Below are positions 25,164-39,987 of a stretch of 64,000 nucleotides of DNA, one piece after another. The notes beneath the pieces are model-generated. The model did no database searches, was not told the DNA's origin, and saw only the letters and a list, made by a program, of their open reading frames with translations. The stretch covers positions 930,001 through 994,000 of the forward strand of contig JAWMAR010000421.1 of the NCBI GenBank assembly GCA_036785375.1, read 5' to 3'. The position numbers and the translations under genes were made by a program. Positions within the stretch are counted from its first letter, which is position 1. Each line of letters begins with the position of its first letter. The DNA is from Leucoraja ocellata. Its lineage: Eukaryota.

Positions 25164-26616
25164 GTGAGTGTCCTTCACCTCCTTCCGCGGCGGCTGATCC
25201 CTCAGTCCCGGGGAGAGGCAACTGACCCGCTGCGGTGGGCGGTTTCTGCGACGCGGGCGCCTCAAGCCGTGGCTGATTCCCCCGCCCTGGAATCTTCCTC
25301 TGGCCCCGGCCCTTCCTCTTGCCCCGGCCCTTCCTCTGGCTCTCTCCCTTCTCCAGTTGCCGTGTTCCTTGTGATTAAGGGTGACACTGACTGTCTTAGA
25401 GTCTCCGCCTGCGCTGAGCCAGGACCAGGTTTATTCGATAAATTGCTTTTTCCCTCGCTGCGCCAAGGTTTCTGACCCGACGAGATCCTTTTATAATCAC
25501 ATGTCTGTTTTCACAGCGTACCTTGGGCTTTACTCCGTGAAATACAGTCTCGAAGTATTATCCTGTGTTAAAATTAGTCCCTGTTTAAAAAAATAAATAA
25601 ATAATATTTGGTAGTTTAGGAATTTGATCATCTGATTAGGCCCAGACCAATAACATGTCTATATTGTGGAGTAGCATAAAGATTATTAAACAAATTTGAA
25701 GCGCATAGTATTGGGATAATATACTGAAGTTACATTTTAAAAACTTGTCTGGGGGAAAACAGAGCAGGCAATGGGTTATTTTAGCGTTGCATGGGACGCC
25801 AGTTCACAACTTGTCACTGAATTGGATAAGGAGATCAGGAATAATATTCATGCTTGCCCTCAGAACTAAACTAGGTGGCAGTAGACTGCGAAGAGAATGT
25901 GGAGACGCTTTGGGGATCGAGACAAATTAAGGAAATGGGCCAGGACATGCCAGATAGAATGTAGACTAGAAAAAGTGAGGTCATCCATTGTGGTAGATAA
26001 AATAGTTGTTTTTTTAATTTGAGGGATTGGCAGTTGTCTGTATTCAGAGAGCCAGAGTCTTTAACCATGAGTCACTACACCTACAACAAGCAGTTAAGAA
26101 AGCAATGATAATCTGCTTTTGTTTTACGGGTGATTTTAATGCAAACATGGAAATGTTTGGCTTCAGGTTTAGAGAGCCTGGAGACACTATCTGGAATACG
26201 AGTACAGGTCTGGTTTTCCTACCCACGGAGTCAAAATAGTACATCACAGAAATAGTCCTTGCTGCTCACCATGTCCTCAATTACCTTTCCGACCATGTAC
26301 ATGAATCCCATTTGCCTACACAAGGATTGGATACTTTTATCCCTCAAGTAAAAATCTCTTAAACAAAGTAATTGTATCTGATTGCACCACCTCCTCTGGC
26401 AGTGAGCTCCAGATATGAATCACTCTCTGTATTATATTTAAAAAAAAGAAAAAAAAAGCCTCTCTAAAGCTCCTACTTTCAACCAATGATCTCTTGTTTT
26501 TTGATTCCCCTGCAATGTCAAATGATTTTGAGTATGTTTTCTATTTAAAACTCTCATACTTCTATCAGGTCACCTCGACCTCCTTTGCTCCAGGGAAAAC
26601 TAACCCAGCCTATCCA

Positions 26617-27087
26617 TGACCAAGTGCAGGCTCGGCGATTGTTTCGCTGAACACCTCCGCTCAGTCTGCCTAAATCTACCTGATCTGCCGGTTGCTCAAC
26701 ACTTTAACTCCCCCTCCCATTCCCACACTGATCTTTCTGTGCTGGGCCTCCTCCATTGTCAGAGTGAGGCCCAGCGCAAATTAGAGGAACAGCACCTCGC
26801 ATTTCGCTTGGGTGGCTTCCACCCCAGTGGTATGAACATTGACCTCTAACTTCAAGTAGCCCTTGCTTTTCCTCTCTCTCCATACCCTTCCCAGTTCTCC
26901 TACCAGTCTTGCTGTCTCTGACTACATTTTATCTCTGTACTGCCCACTTCCCTGACATCAGTCTGAAGAAGGGAAGTGACCGAAATGTCACCCATTCCTT
27001 CTTTCCAGAGATGCTGCCTGTCCCACTGAGTTACTCCAGCATTTTGTGTCTACGTTTCAAACCAGCATCTGTTGTTCATTCCTGCAC
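26617..27087 (+). mobile_element. 5'-truncated Penelope-like element with TSD
   Basis: GIY-YIG C-terminus (TKCRLGDCFAEHLRSV...QRKLEEQHLAFRLG...GMNID) plus pLTR. 14-bp direct repeat acccagcctatcca at 26603-26616 and 27088-27101. Confidence 0.88.
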
Positions 27088-30000
27088 ACCCAGCCTATCC
27101 AATCTCTCCCTATAACCGAAGGCATCTCATCTGGGCAAGATTCTGGTAAATCTCCTCTTTACTCTTTCCAGAGCAATCATGTCCTATTGTGTGGTGACCA
27201 GAACTACACACAACAGTCCAAGTGCAGCAAGCCATGTGCTGCCTTTAACACCCTATGTCCACCTATTTTGGTCCTTTAAGGGAAACTATGGGCTTGGACT
27301 CGTATATCTCTCTGTTCATTAATGCCCTTAGCACCCTACCAGTTACTATATATCCTACCCCAACTTTGCTTTGTATTTGTGATAGAGGGAGTGCAGTGCA
27401 TCAGCACGAGTCTAAGACTGGACAGTTTGAAACGTCAAGTGGGATTAAGCAAACTGGGATCTCGACTCTCAAGCTTTTGGAAGAATAATGGGTGATCTCA
27501 TTGCAATATTTCAAACTCTGAAGGTGTTTAACAGGGTGATATGGAATTGATAGATTTTAGAATCAGTGGTCACAGTTTCTAAGGAAAGGGTCAATCATTT
27601 TAGAGATAACGGGGTTCCTCTTCACCAAGAGTCTTTGGAACCCCCTGCCCAAGGAGGATGTGGGGGCACAGATGAAAAGTATATTTAGGGCAGGTTGTTA
27701 TATTTTAAATGTATGGAATTAAAGGATATGGGGATAGCGCAGGAAAGTAGTACTGAAGTAAATGATCAGCCATTATCGTGGTGAATGACAAAGGGCTGAA
27801 TGGCCACCTCTTTCTATACAACTGAACGAAAATGTTTGCCTTTTAGGTTTGCTGTAACTGCTGTTGAGCAGGAGAGATGTGATGAAGTAAGCAGTTGTTT
27901 AATTTTTAATGCAACCAACAGCTGCTTTACTAAAAGCACAGTTCCTGTTGCTTCACTCTTTTTGTTATTTTAAACTTGCATTATCCAACCATGTCTGTAA
28001 TTGGACAAAATTTGATCATTAACCTGAACTGGGTTTATGGTGCATGGCTTCAAGATCTGTGCAAGATTGAGATGGGATATGTTCTTGAGTACACTGCTGA
28101 TGTATTTGGAGGTCTTGTTGTGTTGTATCAAATTTGTTGAACTTTGTTGTCTTATTTTGATTGTTTAATATTAATCTGTCTATTAAAAATCAGCTGTCTT
28201 TAGCAATCTGGTCATGGGCTTGGGTTGCATTGTCACTTTTGCAAATTCACCATTCCTTTTTATGCAATAGGCCACAGAGTTTGCTGATTGTATGAACTGA
28301 CTTCAATTGACACATTCTTTCTAAATACTGTTTTGCAATGCTTCTCAATAAAATATGGAAGTTTGTCTTTTGTGAGCTCATCAGGGCGAAGTGCAGTATA
28401 TAAAACAAAGGAATAGTCCTTCTCAGCCCTCCATGCTGACCATAAGGCCAATTTAAACTACACATCTGCCTGTTCATGTGTTCGTCTTAAAGCTTCTTAA
28501 ACATTATCATTTCTGCTTTCACCATTTCAGTCAGTTGTGCGTTCCAGGCACCTTTCATTCTGTTAAAAAAAAAAAAATTATTGCCTTGTCATCTTCATTA
28601 CATTTCCATTACATTACATTACTCTTGCCTCAATGCTATGCCCTCTAATATTTGATATTTCAACCATGAGAAATATTTCATTTTAACCCCGAGAAAGACT
28701 CTCCCTGCCCTATCAATGCCCCTCATAATTCTATATACATCTGTTGGGTTGCCTCTATTACTGCTCTAAAGACACCAGTCCAAGTTAAGCTAATATTCTT
28801 ACTAATATAGTATCCTGCGTGATGTCCTTGCATAGTTGCCTCAATAGCTCAATTTTGTTTTTTATCGTATCTCAGTATGCTTGACAATAATAAGCCCGCA
28901 CTGATATACTCTAACCCCCTCCAAAGCTGCCACATTCCGTAAAGTGCTGAGGAGAGCTACACAAAATATTAAAATATGGCTTACATTTTTTGTTTTTACC
29001 GAATTTGTTTGGAGTTGCAACATTACTTTGTACATTAAACACATTTTGGATTACTAAATTTTGTATACCGTACCCTTCCTTTACCATCTATCTACTTGTG
29101 TTGCCACTTTGTTTGAACTATGGACTTGTATCCTAAGATTCATTTGTGCATCAATGCAGTTAAGGGGCAACCAGTGCTACCCGGAATCTAGAGCTCATAA
29201 TGTTCAGGCTCATGGACTGTGAAGAAGGATCTCGATCCAAAATATCACTATCCATGTTTTGCAGAGATGCTGCCTGACCTGCTGAATTACTCCAGCACAT
29301 TTTGTAAACCAGCAGCTGCAGCTCCTTGTTTTTACATTTTACCTGCTAATGTATATCCTTGTTCGGTTCACCTACCTGACTTTCCCTTAGCAGTTAAACT
29401 ATATCCAATCTTATGCCCAGCTTCTCCTCTGGGATATGGTGATATTGTGTCTAGTCAAACAAATTCTAACTGACAGTCATTTGTAACCACACTCGGTGCA
29501 ATGGCGCAGTGTTTGCGTGTATGGTCTGAAATTAAATCCTTTTCCAATACTTGGATTTACCTGTGCATTTCCATCTAAGAAGCAGGCATCTGTGGGGGGA
29601 AAAAAGCTGTAGACAATGTTATTCTTCCATGACCTAATGTTGGATTTCATACTGATGTCTGAATCAACAGAAAAAGTGATTTGTGCTTTTTTGCTATCTT
29701 GTCATTGAGCCAGCTGCTACAGCTTTTGCTTGCAACACTGAACACTGAATTGATCAGGTATTCCAGAATCTTTGGTGCAGAACATTGCTGACATTGTGAT
29801 AATATAAATAGCCATTGGAGGTTTTTTTTTTTTTTACTGCTGTTGGATAGTTGGAATTTCCAACAAAATATATCTGGATGAACTATAAGTGAATCTGCTT
29901 GTCATAAAAATGTGAATCTGTTTAATTGGGAAAATGAAATTGCTGATTCTTTATTGAGATGCAGCTCGTGCCCAGCATTACCTAAATCTTGCTGGGAATG

Positions 30001-31629
30001 AAACCAGCTGTTTTTGCCCAGGCTAAGGCTTTTATTGTGACGGCATGGATGGCACTTTCCTTTGATTTTGTGGCCCAGCAAATGGCTCCATCCGATGTTT
30101 TAAGCTGACCAACAATAATCTCCGCAAAATTATCTTTTCCTGATTTAATTTCTTTGTTGCCTTGACCGTTCACCTCAACATAAAATGGACATAATCACTT
30201 TTGAAAGATCATGCAACATTTGGATATAAATATGAAACCATTTTTACAAAACCAGGTAATTACATGCTCTTTACAATTTAGAAAGCACCTGGGAGAGTGA
30301 ACATTTTAGATTGAACCTTTCATTAAAGTAAATGTGAAAAGTCATCTACCTGCAATGTTTTCCATTTCACTCTCCTTGGGTGTTATCTGATCCAAGCAGT
30401 TCCTATTTTTATTCTAAGTTCAAATCTGCAGTAAGTTCCTTCTGTGATGTATTTTGGTTGTCATCAGCATTAAATAAGAGAATGTTTCCTTTGTAATGTT
30501 TGTGGAATGGTATTGGGTAACAACAATATCTAAGGTCAATTTAAAGAGTAAATAAGGGTGAGGGGTTTGAGATTCAAACTGAAACAGCAGAAGCTTCAGT
30601 TTGGCCCTCAATTGAACCAGTCTGTAGCTCTCCAGTAGATCATAGAAATGTTCCTAATTTATTATTTTAAAGACTTGAATGAGTTTAGTTCTAGATAATT
30701 GTTGCTCATGGCAACTATCCGCCTATTCCACATATTCATTGTGTGTGGATTAAAAAATTCTCTGGAAAGTCAATTTAAATATCAGCTATTCAAACAATCC
30801 CTATCTGTTTTGGCATACAGTTTAATGCATGATCACCTCTCGACCTTCTGCTCCAGCTTTGATTATACACAAGTCATTCTTTCCAGAAACACCCAGCTTA
30901 TCAGCAGCTGCGATACGTTTCCTCCACCATTTGAGATCTGGACATGCTCAAAACTCTCATCCTGCTACTGGCTGCATACTTTGAAATTGTTAATCAAAAA
31001 TCCAGGCTTGCATCTGAAATTTAAACTCGAGTCAGCCTTGGTTGGGTTCTAAAAGGACTGATATAATCGTTCTCACAGCAGCCCTGCCTGGATCCAGCCA
31101 GATGCAGAAAGGAAAGGTTTGCCATTTAGACAGAAATGCTGATCAAATGTTACCTTTCCTTCCCAAAATGTCATTTTTTTGGCTTTAGATTCAGGGTTGA
31201 CGGATTGAAAATATTACACTGTGTTTGTCTGTTCAATAAACAGGTCACCGACTGTCCATAACTATTCAAGCATAATTTAATTTGTTGCAACAAGAAATCA
31301 TGCCTCAGAGAAACTAAAGCCAATTACTAATTTTATTGTCTCATTGTGGGGCAGAGGGAGGAAAGAACGGTAGGGGTAGAGTGTGTTCCAGGTAAAGAAC
31401 TGAGAAAACTACAAAACAAGTGATTTAAATTCTAGGAAGAAGGATGTGGCAAATAAAAGGAAGTGTCTGGGATGCTCTCCAAAGTTGTTAAGGTAACAAT
31501 TACTTAATAAACCAGTAGTTGGAGACAACGAAACAAACTTAAATTTAAATATCCAGTAACCTCCGTGTAAAGGGAGGGGGGGGGGGGGGGGGGGGGAGAA
31601 ACTGTGAACATGTTAACTTCAGTGAATGG

Positions 31630-32255
31630 AGGTCTGCATTGTGCCCAGATGGAGGATGAAATGTTGCTCAAGTTTACCCTGAGCATCATTGGAACAGTGT
31701 AGGAGGCCAAAGGCTGGGGTCAGAGTGGGAGTAGGTTGGTGAGGTTAAATGCCATGTATCTAAACCTCCGGGTCATCTTGCTGACAGGATTGAGATGTTT
31801 TGAGAAATGGTCTCCCAATTTGCACAGTGTAACGGAGACCATATCATGAGCACTGAATAATGTACACTAAACAAAGTGTGAGTGAATTGCTGCTTCAATT
31901 AAAGGACTGCTTGCCTGCTTGGATGGTGGAAGGGCAGAGGTTGGATAAGTGATACAGCTCCCGATGTTGTGTTGGAAAGTGCCAGGGGATGAGATCTGAT
32001 TGGTGGAGATGGAAGAATGGAGTAGGGAGTCAATGGAATAGTCACTACGGAATATTAGAAGGATGTGTGGAATTCTGTTGAAGATGGCAAAAATAATGGC
32101 AGATGATCTGAAGAATGTGTAAGGTGAGGACATTTGTTATTCTGGTCGAGAGGAAAGCAGGAGTAGCAGCAGTGCAGAAAGAATGAGACACAGTGGAGAG
32201 CCCTGTTAACTGGCAGAGGGAGAGGCCAGTAGTACGGAGAAAGGAAGGCATCTCA
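31630..32255 (-). mobile_element. Old, decayed Penelope-like element
   Basis: Weak colinear similarity to 11440-12125; no ORF. Confidence 0.55.
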
Positions 32256-35200
32256 AAGTCTTGACTTTTTAGTAAAAATGTGAAAACTGAGGCCCCTTCT
32301 GCCTCTTAGCTGGTTATAGGAGTTCTCCGAAATCCCTGACAATGTTTATCCTAGCATCATTAAAACTAATGAACTGATCAGTTATCTTCATGTTATTTGT
32401 AAGTCTTTGCTCTGCAAATTGGCAGCTGCATTTCCTACTTTACAATAGAAGCAAAGTGCTTTGAGACTTCCTGAGATGGTGAAAGGTTTGTAGAAATGCA
32501 AGCATTTATTTTCCAAAGGAAGCTTATCAATAGCACAACTGTGCTGAATAGAACAAATGCTTTCCAACAAAAGCTGATTACTTTTTTGTTAGTTATTATC
32601 ACAGTTCAGTTATAACAGTTTCCCCTGAGTCGAAGTGGATTGACCCACTCTGAGAGCTTGAGTGGACATCCAAAGTGAACCTTGTATGGACTTTCAAATG
32701 AAATATTAAACTAGGATCCACCTGCTGTCTAGGTGGAACAACTGGAAAAGACAGGAACTTTCTCAATGACTACATATTTGCATATCTGCTGTCATCTACA
32801 ACATATTTCCCTTTTCTGTGTGTGAGATCTTGCCACATGCAGATGTTACGACACCTCAGTTAACGCATTACCAGTAAAAAGCTTTGAATTGTCCTGAGGT
32901 TGTGAAAGGTGCTTGGAATACCTCTAGTTATGTTTTGCAATTCTGCGAATTGGATGCGAACCAGAAATCAGCAAGCAACTCTATCTTGGGCCTGTGCTGA
33001 TGCCTCATAGCATTCTGAGTTTAATATCTCTGCCCTACCCCAACTGTGTCACTTAAAGAAATTTGGATAATGGGTTTCTTTGGGTGCTGGGGGAGGGATC
33101 GGTGAGCAGGCACACAGAACATGCAGAAACCTGTCCTGGTCCAGAGAAATTTCACCCATGGTGCTCATCACTGAGGTCGGGTTGCTGATTCATTCTCCAT
33201 GAGTCAGTGTCTTATCAATTCCTAAATGGCTTGGTATTTTAATCCCTTGTGTGGGAATATTTGTTGTCTTAAGGGCAATGTATAAGTGTAATTTTGTCCT
33301 GCTCCCTGCCCTCCACACCCAGGGTTTTGGGGATGAAAGTGTTTGCTTGGTTGCTTTGTTTTTCATCCTTCAATGCAGCAGTGAGTTGAAAGCGGGAGGA
33401 TCTTCTGTAGATTATGTCATAGTATCTTTAAGGATTGCAATATAAAGTATCTTTGTTGGGTGGGGCTGCATTGTAACACTGCCTCAATTTTGTACAAGGT
33501 CAAAGTAAAGCTGAAATTAGAGTGCAACGTGAAGTGTAACCTAAGTTTCTTGAGGCAGGACTAAGCCACTGGCTTTGCTCCTGCATTTGAAGTCTGTAAT
33601 TGGGGTGCAGCTGAGTGTTATGAATAATGAAGATATTTGCTTTAACAATGTGATAACATGGTTGGCACTGTAATCTGAGGCCTGCCTGGAGTTTCCATTT
33701 TCTGCTTGCGATCAACTTCTGCTTGCACAATGGCAAGTTTGTAATGATGAGGTCATGCATTAAAGGAACTGCTGTGAGGTTCGACTTTGCCGACTAGTTT
33801 TTCCTGCTCTGCTGACAGGTGGCCATTGTTTAATGTGATTCCCTGCTCTGGACAAGTTGCCACTGCTTGATGCCCGAGTGGTGAAATCATGTTTATCTTA
33901 GAAACTTTAATTGTCCAGGAAGGACTGAAGTGAAGGAACTTGATGTTAAGTGGGCTTTATATGCTGATTTCACTGATGCAGCATGGAATATCATAGTCGA
34001 AACAAACTCTTTATTGTTAATAGGGACTGCTAATAAGTGATATCAGTGGAGATGGGTGAGAGCATTTTGGGGGCAGAGGAGGTTCCTCTGGAGTTTGGAG
34101 GCTGTCATTGGAAGGACATTAAAGGGAGCAGTCAGTGAGGAGGGAGGAGAAAAGATTAGGTACTCTCTCTAGGGCAAAGTCAGTGAGAAGGGGATTAGTT
34201 GTGGACTGGTGGTATTTACACAAACAACGGCAAAGTCAAATAGTAATTATTTGGGATTATCTCTTAACCAACAACCAAAGCAATATGTTATTACATTTGG
34301 TTGGGCTCTTGCTGTGCATGCTGTTGTATTCCACTATCCTAACCAGATGTTCTCTCCAGGAGTAAAACATTTACAGAAAACACCTCCTGTTCATAAATGA
34401 TAGGAAAACTGTGCAATAGCTGTCTCCAATATTAGTACACGGACCACACTTCAAAAGTTTTGTTTTGGTGTGTCCTGAGATTGTTGAAGGCATTTTAAAA
34501 ATGCGAGATCTTGATTTGTGATAAATTGGGTCTGAACAGATTGTAACACTGAAAAATATGGCCAGGTTATTGTATTGGATGGCAAAAGGCTGGGTGACTG
34601 CAGTTACAAATCTGTTTTTCTGAATTTCTAGACTGACAATAAGTTGTCTCTGTTCCTGCTCCACAAGTGATTGTACTGTCCTGATACTATTCTCTGTGCC
34701 TATCCTGAGTTAAAATCAACCAGTGCAGGTTGTAGTCAGTTGATCGTATTGGCTTGAATAATGCAATGATGCCACAATGCTTGCCTCTTACCTGCAAGAA
34801 AGCTGTGCAGAAAGGTCCAGTAATCTCCTGGGCAGATTTGGAAATATTTGTGAGGGAATTACTGATCGTATGGAAGAGAAATCTGTGTTTTAGGACCAGA
34901 GGATTCTCCAGTATCCATGCTTTTGCAACACAGTGCGATGTTATGTGGGGATTTCTTTGGGAAATCTGAAGTCTTCAATGACTTCCGGATTTTGGGATGT
35001 GGAGGTGGTGCTAATGTATTGCCATGATAATAGATCTTGGTGAATGTTGATGCAGGGTTGCATCCCAGGGCCTCCCATTTCTTGTTTGGATTTGCTGACT
35101 CCTGCTGTCTCCCGCACAATACATTGCATTCCTCGGAGAGCTGGGAATCATTGTCTGGCCACATGCAGTCCAGACTCTCCCTTTTCGGCAGTGTGTTGAT

Positions 35201-35363
35201 GACAATTCCTAACATTAGCCGATTAAAGGCTGTTAACTCTGGACTTGCTGCTGTCGTTGATTGTAGGATTTGAGTACGAGGCAGTGGATGATTTTTTCAT
35301 ATGTCGCTTCTAACTGCATCTGGCCACAGGCCTTTGGATTAGTGCACTGCATTTAATCAATAA

Positions 35364-35579
<216 letters not shown>

Positions 35580-36034
35580 TAAGTTTGCCTTTTACTGGAT
35601 CATGGAATTATCTTTGTGTGGAATTCTCCTTCCTCTTACCGCTCCCATATACAGGTACAGTGGGTACAGTGGGGTGAAGTATTTATGGGCTTGGGAAAGC
35701 AGGCTGTCCAACTGAGAACTTTCAGACACAGCTAGAGGGCAAGCTGGATATTTGAATAGCAGTGAAGAAAGGAATTGCAGATGCTGCAATCTTGAGCAAA
35801 GTGCTGGAGTAACTCAGCAGGGCAGGCAGCATCTGGGGAGGAAACGGATATATTTTGGCTCTGGTTTTCATAGTGATGGTGGGGAAGGGAAGCGGTGATG
35901 AGATATGGGTGGGGTGTGAGGAAGGCTGGGTGTTAACAGGGTGTTGCTGTTTGCAAATGTCAGATCAGCCAATTTGGTTTGATGTTCCCTGTTTTAGTCT
36001 TTTACTCAATAGCGAATGAGGTCAGTTTAGAGTA

Positions 36035-36234
36035 CAGGTGCTCCCCGATTTACGATGCTTCGACTTGCAATATTTTGACTTTATGATCGGCAAACGATCG
36101 GCAACGGCAGCGAGTCGCACGTCACCTCCGCTCATGTGATCGCAATATATCGCAATGCGTATTCGATGTGCGATATTTTCGATTTACGATGGGTTTATTG
36201 GAACGTAACCCCATCGTAGGTCGAGGAGCAGCTG
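36035..36234. mobile_element. Tigger/pogo-like MITE (200 bp)
   Basis: TA on both flanks. TIR caggtgctccccgatttacgatg matches the reverse complement of the right end, cagctgctcctcgacctacgatg, at 19 of 23 positions. Confidence 0.8.
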
Positions 36235-36367
36235 TATACAGCAAATGTAAACATATAAGCCATTAAACTGTTTCACTTTGGGTGAACTAGCATTTTATTC
36301 TAGTTCAATCATCCAACATTACAGTCTAACTTAAAGGTTGAATTCCTCTTTAGTGTTACTGAGCTAA

Positions 36368-36589
<222 letters not shown>

Positions 36590-37119
36590 TGATCCAGGCC
36601 AGCTTTTGAGCCGTTTCTATTTAATAATGGATTTCACAAATTAATGTGTAGAGAAGGGTGGTTTCTTTCAACTCTTTTCAGGATTTGACTGAACTTGGGT
36701 TTCTTGTGAGGGACTTTGCTCTGTGGCTGATCAACATTTGCCTTGGGATAGGACACGTCTCCTGCAGATTATATGTTCAGTATTTTAAGGCATCAAAACA
36801 AATCTTGATTTCCACCCAGTTTCCCCCGGCATGGACCTGCCACGTTTAGAGCAATCTGTCAGGTGGCTGGTTCTCTGGTGCAACTTCACTTGGGCCAAAT
36901 CATTCCCTGTGATCCTGGGGAGTCGAGAGTTTTTCACCCATTCACAAAGCTGTGCCTTGCACACAGGAATGTGTCCAGACAGGAGGTACTGAGTGGATGG
37001 GAATTAACCAAATTTGCAAGAATTCAGTCTGAATAAATTCATATAAAAACAGAATTTATAAAACTAGATTAAATTTATTAAAAGATACAAACAAGTAACA
37101 ATTTGAGGAGCAGGTGAAC

Positions 37120-37727
37120 AATTTGGGGAACATCTCCGATGACCTCTCTTGGACCCACAATCTCAACTCTGGTCAAGAAGGCTCACCAGCGTCTCTTCAT
37201 CCTGAGGAGACTAAAGAAGGTCCATCTGACTCCTCAGATTCTGGTGAACTTCTACCGCTGCACCATCGAGAGCATCCTTACCAACTGTATCACAGTATGG
37301 TATGGCAACTGCTCTGTCTCCGACCGGAAAGCACTGCAGAGGATGGTGAAAATTGTCCAACGCATCACCGGTTCCTCACTCCCCTCCATTGAGTCTGTCC
37401 AAAGCAAGCGCTGTCTGCGAAGGCCGCGCAGCATCGTCAAGGACTGCTCTCACCCCAGCCACAGACTGTTTACCCTCCTACCATCCGGGAGGCGCTATAG
37501 GTCTCTCCGTTGCTTAACTCTGCACCTTGGTGATTGCCAGTCCCCCCCCCCCCCCGGACACTACTTCCCCCAGAAAATTGCACTACTACTACTGTTTGTA
37601 CATATATATATATATATTTTACTGCCCATTATTCTATGTTTGCTCTTCTGGGTGAGATGCTAACTGCATTTTGTTGTCTCTGTACTGTACACTGCACAAT
37701 GACAATATAGATTGAATCTGAATCTGA
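37120..37727 (+). mobile_element. Rex1/Babar-like LINE 3' fragment
   Basis: LVKKAHQRLFILRRLKK...FYRCTIESILTNCITVWYGNCSVSDRKALQR...HPSHRLFTLLPSGRRYRSL; (GAATCT)n tail. Confidence 0.85.
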
Positions 37728-38017
37728 GGCGAGCATGGCAGATCAGTGGAGATTTCGTGCTGTGCTAAAACGAACCACTGCAAGGTTGCAGTGGAAAGCA
37801 GTGATGGTTGGGGAACTGGCTGGGGCTTGGTTGCCTGTCACCATGAGGGTGGGAGGAGGAACATTCTGCCACCATGGAATTTGTGCGGTGATTTGGACAT
37901 CCTCTATTGGTCACTGAAAAGGAGCAACTGATCTGCCCTTTGCCCAGACCTGACAAACAAGCTGAAAATAACATAAGGATTTGTTTTGTGATGAAATTGT
38001 TATGGCTTTCATTCCAG

Positions 38018-38098
38018 AGAAAAATGGACTGTCATTTATCGAAACTTCAGCCTTGGACTCGACAAATGTAGAGACTGCATTCCAGACTATTCTCACAG
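38018..38098 (+). CDS. RAB11A: RAB11A exon 4 (81 nt)
   Basis: (E)[26 protein letters not shown] with the G5 ETSAL motif; ttccag| and G|gtatgt. Too short for the ORF track. Confidence 0.97.
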
Positions 38099-38220
38099 GT
38101 ATGTTCTTCCTGTGTATGGTGTGCACAGCCTAAAGTTGTAGGTCAACTTGTTCTATTTGATCTATTTGTGCACGTGAAGGTTGTAATCTCCCACCCCACA
38201 GGTATGTTGATTCATTGGGA

Positions 38221-39953
38221 CTAAAATAAAGATTGTCTTAAAATGCAAGATGCAGACCTGATAAACAATGTGTGTGCTAATAGTTATATTGTGCAAAATA
38301 AAGGTAATTGCGGTTTTTATTTGTGACACTAGCTTCCTCTCGTGTGGGGGACAGTGGTGGTTTTTTTTGGGTAATTTGTCTTCCTGAGGGAGGCTTCTGT
38401 GGCTTGTCTCTGCACGTCCAGAGTGCGGTCACTCAAAGACGTCAGGGCATGCAGCTTGGAACAACTTCCTGTCATTTACAGCTGTAACTTGATGAACAAC
38501 AAGAATTCCCACTGCCATCAGCCTCTGAGATGGGGAGGAAATCTTGCAAGAGATATTTTGAAATCTCACTGTTTTGTGTGCAATATTTTGGGTGGTGATT
38601 GTGAATAGTTCAGATAACCAGTGCTTGCACTACCCACCCAGTAAGAAATATCTCTCGGTAGATAAAAATATCTTTTCCTCTGCCTTAATATAACAACTCG
38701 TACAGACTTTCACATTAGTCCACTTTGGACAGCAGACTTCTCTGGTGGATTCATCATACTTGATTTGACTTGTATCATGCAGAAAGATCTTGATGCCTTT
38801 GGAGAGCCTCATTTTATTGTCTCGATCAGAACCCTGTACAAGTGGTGAAATAGCCACTAACCCAGGGTTTAACCTCTCATCCAGCTAAACAAGTACCAAG
38901 GCAGAACGGTGGCAGAATTTCAGAAGTGATGAACTGGCTGTGTAATTATTTCTGTGCTGGACAAACCTTAATGTGGTTGTCAAATGAGCTGCCATTACAG
39001 TCTAGCAAGTGCAGAGTTTGGGAGAAAAAAATCCAAGTTGCTGGTGGAAGTCAGTCGGTCAAATATCATTTATGGTGGCAAAGAGATAGTTGTCATTGCC
39101 TGCACAGATACGACCTGACCTGCTGAGTTCCTCTTGCTGTTTAAAAATAAAAAAAGTTTGCTCTAGATCTTGGCATCTGTTGTGTTTTGTCTCCAGTTTG
39201 AATTCAGTGTAAGTTTCCGTATTATTATTGTGTGATTGCATGGGACAGGACAGCCGAGCTGTTTTTTTACAAGCGTACCTTTGTGGACACTTTAATAGCA
39301 GTTCAGTCAGAATGAGGTGCTGCATTTTTCCAAAGGAGAAAAGGCATCTTAATATTTGGGCATTATTGGGATTGTGGACACTGAGAATTGACATGAGTAT
39401 GGAGTATTAGTTTGGCTATGAAAAGGATGTGGAATGGTGTCATTGATTATAAAGGGAAGTGAGAAAGGATATTGATTCCAATGATGTGGCCCAGTGCAAA
39501 TTGGAGGAACAGCACCTCCTATTTAGTTTGGGCAGCTTACACCTCAGTGGTATGAATATTAACTTCTCTAACTTCAAGTAACCCCTGCTTTCCCCCCTCA
39601 CTCCAGGCCTCCCTTTCCCAGTTCTATGGCCAGTCTGACTGTCCCTGATTACATTTTATCCGTTTGCTTGTTGTTACCTAACAAACTAACAATGATCTAT
39701 TCTACATTTTCCTTTATCTCCACTCCTTTGATGTCTCGTTCATACACCTTGCACTTCCTTATCTCTGTATCTCCCCTGACTCTTGATCTGAAGAAGGGTC
39801 TCAACCCGAAACATCACCCTTTCCTTTGCCCCAGAGATGCTACCTGTCCCGCTGAGTTACTCCAACATTTTGTCTACCAATGATGTGAAATCTTTAGGGG
39901 TAGGGCTAAGAAGTATTATGGGACAAAAATAGACTGTCTACAGAATCACCACC

Positions 39954-39987
<34 letters not shown>

